The notes under the pieces: generated by a model
Database searches by the model: none
The model's input: only the letters and a program-made list of their open reading frames with translations
What the model was told of the DNA's origin: nothing
Assembly (NCBI GenBank): GCA_951406725.2
Contig: OX597816.1
Coordinates: 115,258,001 to 115,322,000 of the forward strand
Reading direction: 5' to 3'
Length of the DNA stretch: 64,000 nucleotides
Origin: Octopus vulgaris
Lineage: Eukaryota
In this document: positions 54,676 through 64,000 of the stretch, piece by piece
Layout: every line of letters begins with the position of its first letter
Position numbering within the stretch: the stretch's first letter is position 1
Made by a program: the position numbers and the translations under genes

Positions 54676-55873
54676 CAGGGTGGTCAACCCAAGTGTAGAC
54701 ATTTATTTTACTTCAATTTAATTAACGTATCTTGTCTTTTTTCAGAAATTTAATGCTCTTAACATTGAAGATAGTATTGAAGCTAATTTATACTTGAAAT
54801 TTAATATACTTGAAGCTTGTAGTGAAACTAGTATGGGTGGGATAAGTAAAGCAATTGTAGGGCCATTCAAGAAAGGGGAAACCCCTTGTGAGATTTTCAA
54901 GATTTTGATACCCACTGTCAGCAGATCAGGAGTCTATAAAGTAATCAAATGACTAAAAGTGACTGGTTCTTGCGTACCAAAAGTGAGAAGTACTCCACCT
55001 CAACCAATGAGAACTCAAAACTCATTAAAAAAATTCAAAAGATAAGGCATAACTCAAAAAATAAGAATCAGAAAACTTGCTTCAGAAGCTGGTACAAGCT
55101 ATGGAATTATACATAATTTGTTGAAAAATGATCTTTAATTATTCTCATACAAGATATCAAAAGCACATCTTTTTTTTCTGAAGCCCCAAAGAAAAAGGAC
55201 TACAAAGAGCAATGCTTCTGCAAAAGCTGAGAGATAGCATGCAGCTACCAATTCTGTACACAGATAAAAAGTTATTCAGTGTGCAAGTATTCCACAAGCC
55301 AGAAAATTATCATATATATGCAGCAAATCCTGTCCAACAAAGATTATTCTTTTGCTGGCAGAAACCTGCATCCATAATGGTATGGGCAAGTGTGACCTCA
55401 AACAGCATGAAAACACCCCTAAATTTTATTGAAGAGGGTGTAAAAATCAACCATGTTCATTTGGACATGTTAAAGGATAAAGTAATCCCTTGGGTTATTG
55501 CAACAATGAGGAACGAAGGTGTAACTCATCAACAAGATGGCAAAGCATCTCATATGGCTAAAAAGGTCCCAGAATAGTGTCAAAAAATTTTCAAGGCATT
55601 CTGGTCAAAAGAGTTCTGGCCCCCCACTTCGCCTGACATGAATCCAATGGACTTTAGCATGTGGTCTATCCTTGAGAGCAAAGCCTGTGCTAATTCTCAC
55701 ACAAGTCTCAGAGCTCTTGAGCACCAGGTGTGAAAATACTACAACAAAATCTCTGCAGAAACTGTATGTGCCACTTGCTCCCAACAAACATTTACTGAGG
55801 AAAGTACCCAATACTTTGTAGAGGAATAAAATTTATTATACAGCTACATTGGGTTGTATGGCACGTGTGTCTG
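54676..55873 (+). mobile_element. maT-type (DD37D) DNA transposon, decayed; transposase pseudogene about 54833-55800
   Basis: TA|CAGGGTGGTCAACCCAAG left end; YTDKKLF, SIMVWA, QQDG-(37)-WPPTSPDMNPMDFSMW; eroded right TIR CTACATTGGGTTG near 55844. Confidence 0.88.
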
Positions 55874-55897
55874 TATATATAATGTGCATGTATATGA

Positions 55898-55946
<49 letters not shown>

Positions 55947-56044
55947 TACATACATATATAGATATATATAAAGATATACATACATACATATATATATGTA
56001 TACATATATATATACATATATACATATATACATGTATATATATA

Positions 56045-56385
56045 GGCGCATGGCTCAGTGGTTAGAGCGTCGAGCTTACGATCGTGAGGTTGTGAGCTCG
56101 AATCCCGGACTGGGCTGCGTGTTGTGTTCTTGAGCAAGGCACTTTATTTCACGTTGCTCCAGTTCACTCAACTGTAGAAATGAGTTGCGACGTCAGTGGT
56201 GCCAAGCTGTATCGACCTTTGTCTTTCCCTTGGATAACACTAGTGGCGTGGAGAGGGGAGGCTGGTATGCATGGGCGACTGCTGGTCTTCCATAAACAAC
56301 CTTGCCCAGACTTGTGTCTAGGAGGGTAACTTTCTAGGTGCAATCCCATGGTCATTCATGACCGAAGGGGGTCTTTACCCTTTAT
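56045..56385 (+). mobile_element. young tRNA-derived CORE-like SINE (head B, tail 3) inside (TA)n
   Basis: GGCGCATGGCTCAGTGGTTAGAGCG...GAGCTCGAATCCC, TGTGTTCTTGAGCAAGGCACTT; distinct 3' part. Confidence 0.82.
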
Positions 56386-56388
56386 ATA

Positions 56389-56447
<59 letters not shown>

Positions 56448-56921
56448 AAATGACTAAATTGTAAGTCACTTTTGTATATATGTAAGTGACTAAATTAGTT
56501 TATTCCTGCTAAGTGGAGTTAACCTCTCTCATTTTCTCTCAGTGAATCTTTAGAAATTTCCTAAAGGCAATGTAAGATTTTTGTAATACTGTTGTATTAC
56601 GATCACATAGGCTTAAGTGTATTCCTCATACTGACTTTCTTCATGAAACTATATGTATGTATGTATATATATATATATGCGTGCATTGATGCATATTTAT
56701 AAGTATGCATATATGAATACGTATGTATATCTATGTAAGTCTGTATGCATACATACATACACACACAGACACAGACACATACGCACACACATGCATGCAT
56801 GTATGTACGTATGTATGTACGTGTGCTTAAACATATGAGGTGCCATTTGTGATAGTAATGGTAGACTAAAGTGATGATGGTGATAGCAGTCTTAGCAGCT
56901 GCAGAAGTAGAATTGTTGTTG

Positions 56922-56952
<31 letters not shown>

Positions 56953-57316
56953 GGCAGTAGTGCTAATGCTGGTAGTAATGGTGGTGGTGATGCCGATGTG
57001 GTGTTGGTGGTGGAGATAGTAGTGATATCATAAACTGTTCCTTCCTGTCTTTCCTTCCTGTAATCATGTTGGCCGGATGGCATGGAAGGAATAAGGCATG
57101 GTTGTGGAGACGAGATGGTGATTCTAGCTGGGCTGAATGGAAGGCTGGCTGGATAGATAGATGGCTGCACAGTGCCACCATCACCACCACCACCACCACT
57201 ACCACCAACACCACCACCACCACCACCATTATTACTGTTGCAATGTTTTAACTAATCTATTATTTTGGATCTCTGTTAAATATGACAATAGTTCTCCATC
57301 GCTCCTTCTCACTCTC

Positions 57317-57358
<42 letters not shown>

Positions 57359-57947
57359 CTTATTACCCTCTCTCTCTCTTCTTTTCTTATTCTGTCTCTT
57401 CCCTTTCCCTATTCACTTTTTCTCATGCATCACAGCAATCTTCTACAAGAGTAAACAACAAGCTTCATCATAATACTCATCCATCCACCCTTACAATTTC
57501 CCCCCCTATCCCATCCTACCCCGAAGCATCTCCTTCCCCCTTTTACCCACCTCCCCCCCCCCACCATCACCTCCCTAATGAGAGGTCAAGCCTACTCAAA
57601 CAAGGCGGTTTGCTCTAATAGCTTTCTTTGTTGTTTACGTGCATTGTATATGTCTCTCCATCTTTTTCTTCCCCTCTTTCTCTCTCTCTCTTTCTCTCTG
57701 TATCATTTTGTGCATGTAATTGCACATTTCCATGTGTTTGTGTGTGTGTGTGTGGTTGAGTTTAAAATGTTTCTTTATACACATTTGTATGATTTTGTAT
57801 GTGTTTGTGTATTTCTTTATATGTCTGAATAAGTGTGCGTGAGTGAGAGAGAATATTTAAAATGCTTCTATACACATGTGTATGCATTGATCTATCTCTC
57901 TATATGTGTACATATTCATATATATGTATGTCCTTTATACATATATA

Positions 57948-58847
57948 CTAGCTGACATACCTGGTAATTCCCAGGAAAGTGGGGCTTATCCCTTGGTTCT
58001 GTTCTCATAATTGTTTTGCTAATCCAATAGAAACAATACAAAGTATGTAGTCCTTAAAATTTTTGTGAATTTACAGAGAATACCGAACTGTCTTACACAA
58101 ATTTTAGGAATTTCCAATTAGTTATGAATACCCAAATTGTGATGTCAGTTATGTAATAACATGAAATTAGTTAACCAATAGTAAGAATTCAAATAAAGTA
58201 GCCCCGAAAAGGGCTTTAATGCATTCCCAGAGTATATAGAACATAGAAGGAAATACTAATAAGGGATTTATACCAAAATCGTGAAGCATGTTACATAATT
58301 ACCGGCTAATCAGATATGAGATAATAACAATTCAAAGTAAATAGCTCTGAAAAGGACTTTTGTGCACTCCCAGAGAATATTACCCTCAGCAGCGCTAGTG
58401 TTGGTATATTCGTGAGTAAGTCACTAACTGAAATAAGTGGATCTGTTGCTTAGGAACATACTATTTACTTGTTTAAGGGTTGTACTGGATAAATGGCGAA
58501 AATAATTCTAACAGTTCAAATACTAAGAAATAAGTATACTCAATTGGATTTATACCAAATAATTTAGGAGAATGAATGGGTTATTTCCCTTGGCTATAAG
58601 GATCTCTTCCAGAGGCGAGTGGATTATTTCCCTTGGCTTTTAAAATAAACTATATTAGATATATATAAAGATCCCTTCCAGGTGCCATGTTATCGATTTT
58701 TCCAACAATCTGAGTATGCCTTAGGTTTCTAGACATGAGTTCTACTCACATGTCAAGTTTCATCAAAATCGATAAATGATGTAGGAGGAGTTAGCTAACA
58801 ACTTCACAAACACACCCACAGACAGAATTTCCCACATATGTAGTAGA
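57948..58847 (-). mobile_element. non-autonomous Helitron-like element, 900 bp
   Basis: Minus strand A|TC...CCTGG-GAATTA-CCAGG-TATGTCAG-CTAG|T: 5' TC, 3' hairpin plus CTAG, A|T site; internal partial duplications (58186 and 58329; 58578 and 58621). Confidence 0.75.
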
Positions 58848-59586
58848 TATATAATTTATATATTTACACACATATTCAAACATGTTTGTGTACATGCATA
58901 TGTGTGTGTTTGTGTGTTTGTGTATTTGTGTATGTTTAGTCATGTGTGTTTACCACTGTAAGCAACAGTCATACTATGCTTCAATCATTTTCAGTACTCT
59001 GCTCAGTTATTCCCACTGGTAACAGTTTGGTAAGGAATCATTTCCAGGAGACTTATTTCTAGGTTATGACCCTTCCTCACACCTACCTAAGTTGTTATCT
59101 CCTTTTCATACATGTCTGGCATTGTTATTTATAAATTGTTACCTTGACCCATCTCTACACTAATTATTTCCTGACGTTATAGTTATATACCCATATACAC
59201 AAACGTGATATATGGATATTCTTGTCTTTACCTGGATCCAGCTGTTATTGTTTTCCTACCTAGAGAAATATAGAAGCACTGTAAGACTCAAATGTTTTCA
59301 TTTATTAGCTTTTATTGCTTCCCTGCTCCAAAGTTCTTACTCTAGCAAGATGATTTATGATATTTATAGATCTCTTCATCTGGAGTCATTTATTTACAGT
59401 TACTACTATCTCATGTAACATTTTCATTACCACTCAACACCACTTTATACCACACTTCTTTATAATACACAATATTATAATAAACTTCACTGTGCTGTAC
59501 TATAGTGCACTGTACTACATTATCGCTTTTCATACCAACTTGCTTCAAACTGCATCTGTATCTATGATGCAAACTTCCCATTTTAA

Positions 59587-60035
59587 CCCCTTAACATTTA
59601 AACCGCCCATATCTAGTTAAAATATTCTTTCATTCTTATGTTCAAACTGCCCAGCTCCAGCTTCTCACACCTACTCTATGATGTTAATGTAAAAATAAAC
59701 AGTCATGTTGTTGAAATGTCAAAACTACAAGATAAATCATGATTGCTTAAAAAATACGAATGAGTATATCATCATCATCATCGTCGTTTAGCGTCCGCTT
59801 TCCATGCTAGCATGGGTTGGACGGCTCAACTGGGGTCTGGGAAGCCAGAAGGCTGCACCAGGCCCAGTCTGATCTGGCAATGTTTCTACGACTGGATGCC
59901 CTTCCTAATGCCAACCACTCCGTGAGTGTAGTGGGTACTTTTTACATGCCAGACAAGGCTGGCAAACGACCACAATCGGATGGTGCTTTTTACATGCCAC
60001 TGGCACAGAGGCCAGGCGAGGCTGGCAACAGCCAT

Positions 60036-60069
<34 letters not shown>

Positions 60070-60231
60070 GTTTGTGTATCTTTGTTTGTCCCCCTCCCTA
60101 TTGCTTGACAACTGATGTTAGTGTGTTTATGTCTCTCTAACTTAGTGGTTTGGTAAAAGAGACCGATAGAATAAGTACTAGGCTTACAAAGTGAGTGTTG
60201 CATTTGACAAAATAATATGAATGCTAGAAGA
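59587..60231. mobile_element. degenerate piggyBac-type MITE interrupted by an RTE tail (59768-60035, minus) and a SINE family 1 3' half (60075-60190)
   Basis: TTAA|CCCCTTAACATT ... AATGCTAGAAGA|TTAA; the nested parts match the families above. Confidence 0.5.
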
Positions 60232-60530
60232 TTAAAGCAATTTGAATTTAAATAATTCACCAAAATTTCACTTTAATCTATGTTCCAAACACCAGCTTAG
60301 TGGAGACAATGTTACTTTACTAAATTTTTCCTTATTTTCAAAATTAATCAAAGCAAAAGCAGAGTATTTTAGAAAAAATATGGTGACAAAAGGGTCATAC
60401 AAGCACTGTGGGGCCAATGAAATAAGTACCAGTTGAAAATTGGGGTCGACATAATCAACTTATTCCCTCCCCACAAACTTGCTGGCCTTGTACCTAAAGT
60501 AGAAAAGAATAATTATTATTATCTATTTTC

Positions 60531-60565
<35 letters not shown>

Positions 60566-60812
60566 TTAACATCCGCTTTCCATGCTAGCATGGGTTGGAC
60601 GATTTGACTGAGGACTGGTGAACCAGATGGCTGACCAGGCTCCAGTCTGATCTGGCAGAGTTTCTACAGCTGGATGCCCTTCCTAATGCCAACCACTCCA
60701 AGAGTGTAGTGGATGCTTTTATGTGCCCCTGGCACGAGGGCCAGTCAGGTGGTACTGTCAATGGCCATGCTCAAATGGTGTTTTTTACATGCTACCTGCA
60801 CAGGAGCCAGAC
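60531..60812 (-). mobile_element. RTE 3' tail with (GAT)n
   Basis: Matches 13915-14240. Confidence 0.82.
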
Positions 60813-61427
60813 TACATTATATTGTTCAACACTATATAATGCTGTATATATAAATGGAGTGAGAGTGAATTTCACAGCATTTTCAAGCTATTATATAATG
60901 ATATTTGCTCGCACTTTAATTTATAAAACCGTTTTCGATGATGACAGTAATGACAACAACATCACCCTTTAGAATTAAAACAATAACTATACTAAAATAA
61001 GCATCTCTGAGAACAACAGCAACAATGTCAACAAAACATGTAAAACAAGACAACAACAGCTAAGATAATAAACAAGAAAAAACTACTCTCCAGTTTATTA
61101 AATAGGTTTAAATAAAGAAAAAGTTTAAAATGACACAAAGAATAAAGAAGAACAGCAAAACCAAAAGAAACAATAACAGTACAAAAATTGTTTTTATTGC
61201 TTAAGTTAACTTTTGCATATCAAAAGGCAAATTTTTTTGCAGCTCTGTGTTTAACTAATGAACAATGAGGTAATATATTAAAAATGATCAAACTAAAAGT
61301 TAATGTGTGAGATGTGGGTTACATCATTGCATCATCTTCATCACATCATTGCTGCAACAACACTGTGTTGTAGAAGTGCAAAAACATGCATTCACTGGCT
61401 CTGAATACCATTCTGATTTCTCTATTA

Positions 61428-61646
61428 TGAGGGGTGGGGCTGGAAAGTTCTTGGCTTTAGTTAAAAGAAAATACAAGAGGATCAGTTAATTATGATTCCA
61501 TTCTACATATTCTCCTTTCAGATTTACAAACTTATTGCAGTAGTTCTTCAGTTTTCCTAAGCTCTGTAAAAGAACTCGGAATGTTGGACCTCCAGCCAGG
61601 CTTTTTGTGATACCCTTAAAGTCAAAAACTTTTCAGCACCCCTTCA
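61428..61646. mobile_element. mariner-derived MITE, about 220 bp
   Basis: TA|TGAGGGG..GCTGGAAAGTTCTTGGCTTT ... AAAGTCAAAAACTTTTCAGCACCCCTTCA|TA; a solo TIR of the same type at about 32487-32515. Confidence 0.7.
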
Positions 61647-62479
61647 TATAGTAATGTCTTTTAGATATGGCTGCAAAGATGAGAGGTTTTTATCTAACCA
61701 TGCATTATGCTCCACATGGTTTTCAGGTTCAATCCCACAGTATGGCATCTTGAATTTGGCTGACAGAAAAGTCATGTAGAAGCCCATTGCCCATAATCAT
61801 TTCCTCAGTAGAATTTGAACTCACAATGTAAAGATGGACAAGTTGCCACTAAGTAATTTAGTCCGGCATGCTAATGGTTTTACCACATTCACAAAACTAT
61901 TAATATAGATTACAGTATTTATAGTAGACTATGGATAGCAAAAATCTAAATGGAATTTGATGAAGGAAGAAAACCTCAATTTAACCGTTTTATATAAGAC
62001 AAGAATCTTACTGAAAACTACAGAAAGATAAATAAAATTTGCAAATATGAATAAATATGCCATACAGCGGACATTAATTCTAACATTTTTCACAAGGGAC
62101 TTTGCAAAAAATAATAATGAATATATGCAAATTTTATTTATTGATTATCAAATATAAGTATTCTTGGACTCTGATTTTTCTTTTCAGCAGACTTAACCTA
62201 TTTGAGTGTAGATATTTTGGTGATACTGAGACTAATTGTTAACATACACATCATTTTTTATTTAGAATAAAAAGAAAATGAAATCTGCATTAGAAGTCAA
62301 AATTATTTTATTTTTTACCTTTCTTATTGGTATGGCTAACCTTATAATAGGAATATCAATGGTCATTATATTGAAAAAGGAGGATGTAATTTCTTAGCAA
62401 CAAAATCAGTTACCTGCTTCCCAACTGAAGTGATTTACTCCACAACTACACCAGGGTTGGATTTTGACTGAATGATAAA

Positions 62480-62730
62480 AAAGTAAACCTTCTTGAGTCA
62501 TGCAAACCCATAAGGGCTGGTTTCCCAGTTTCCATGGTGTATAAATTCCCTACCTGAACAGGACATCGGTCCATCACAGGATTACTTATTTTTGCCAGCT
62601 GAGTGGACTGGGGAAATGTGAAATAAAGTGTTTTGCTCAAAATCACAATGCAGCACTCAGTCCAGGAATTGGAATCGCATTCTTACAATCATGGGTCCAA
62701 CATCCTAACTTCTAAGTCATGCACCTCCAC
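62480..62730 (-). mobile_element. family 3 SINE (head B, tail 2)
   Basis: Reverse complement: tRNA head, TTGAGCAAAACACTT, GATGGACCGATGTCCTGTTCAG, GGAAACTGGGAAACCAGCCCTTATG. Confidence 0.75.
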
Positions 62731-63815
62731 AGACCAAGTGGTGACTCTGGGCCAATAAGTTTTTGGAGCCCCTATGCTTCTGATGATTCAAAACATAATA
62801 AGATGCAAAAGACAACCTCAGTAGGTTCAGAAGGACTCAAGAAAATTTAGGATGAAAGACAAAAATCAATATTGGGGAAATTTGAACCCAGATCATTGTA
62901 AAGAAAGATGAAATGCTACTAAGCATGCTAATGATTCTTCCAGCTCACCGCATTAGAGCTAGAACAAATATTAGAATTCATTCTGTTGGATTAGCTAACA
63001 ATTCACATCCCCAAATCTTTTTTTTTTCTTTCAATATAAATCTGAAATTTTGTTCCAGCCTTGTAAGAAATTATCATTTTGAGTTTGACATCACACATTT
63101 GAGAACATGACATTGACATGTAGTTCTTCACACCTTAAAGAGAATAATGAACATGTCTGTTACATTGGCAAATGATAACCTCTTTCATTAGCTTGGTTCA
63201 TCTGAAAAGATATGTTATATTGCGACATCTTGACTTAACATAGATGCATTACATCAAAATTAATCTAATGTAATTCATATCTCGGACCTTGGCATCTCAA
63301 GCATCTGGTTTCTTTAAAACTCTCCAAGTCACTAAGTAAGGTTAGCATTTATTTTATCTATTGCAAAGAAGATTAAGATGGGTTGAATCACTCTTAGAAG
63401 AATTTGAACTCTAAAACATTCAGACAGCAAAATATTTATCTGCAACTACCAATTCCTTCCACTTTTATCTCTTAACTCCTTTGTCTCTTCATAATCAACT
63501 TATAATATCTCAGGAGGTGGTCCCTTTGTCTCTGATGCTTTCCTGACAAATGGTTATGATGTCTTCACATTTCAATGTCTTTAAATGTCAGACATGAGAT
63601 GGCAATAATGATGGTTAATATCAACAACAATAACAACTACTACAACAACAATCATAGGAATACACCGGCAGAAGAAGCAACAGCAAGAACATCAATATTT
63701 GTGGTATGAGCAGTAACAACAGCAACATTAATGAAAACAATAATTATGAAAGTGTGCATATGTATGTGCAAATTTGTGTTGTATGTATGTGAGTGTATGT
63801 GTATGACTGAATGTA

Positions 63816-63860
<45 letters not shown>

Positions 63861-64000
63861 CCGCATGCAAAAACAAACAAAACAACAAGCAACATTAACA
63901 ACAACAATAATAGCTACAACAGAAACAACAGCAAACAAGAGATGCAACAACAACAATAACAGCAACAACTTAGAGTATAGCAGAGAGAGTAATGACAACC

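Noticed and set aside
56045-56120. tRNA-like sequence (also at 9680, 35107, 35380)
   Set aside because: These are SINE heads that continue into SINE bodies, with no convincing acceptor stem or terminator
57060-57650. Unique segments with TAAT, AGGTCA, TGTTTAC and TACGTG motifs as a possible enhancer
   Set aside because: Short motifs are expected by chance, and conservation or chromatin data would be needed

Overview
AT-rich, microsatellite-saturated animal DNA that looks intergenic or intronic. The SINE families and the 5S copy suggest a cephalopod (Octopus-like) genome, which is my inference. No host protein-coding gene can be supported, and most ORF-track entries are translations of simple repeats. 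DNA transposons: three decayed Tc1/mariner elements (DD34D mariner with both TIRs, DD34E Tc1 with a spliceosomal intron, DD37D maT), plus piggyBac-type, mariner-type and Helitron-type non-autonomous elements. Retroelements: a young 5'-truncated R4/Dong-type RLE element in (TAA)n with older stacked remnants, a second RLE element embedded in (TACA)n, RTE LINE 3' ends, a Penelope GIY-YIG fragment, and many tRNA-derived SINEs of three or more families. There is also a full-length 5S rRNA pseudogene. The most interesting signals are: (1) several hammerhead-ribozyme-like motifs in Penelope-type terminal fragments, mostly sitting in (TA)n, two of them arranged as inverted pairs and one family carrying a CUGUUGA core variant; (2) apparent partitioning of microsatellite classes among retroelement families, including a possible (TACA)n-targeting RLE element; (3) a ~650 bp young palindrome. 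All alignments and foldings were done by eye, and boundaries of degenerate repeats are approximate.
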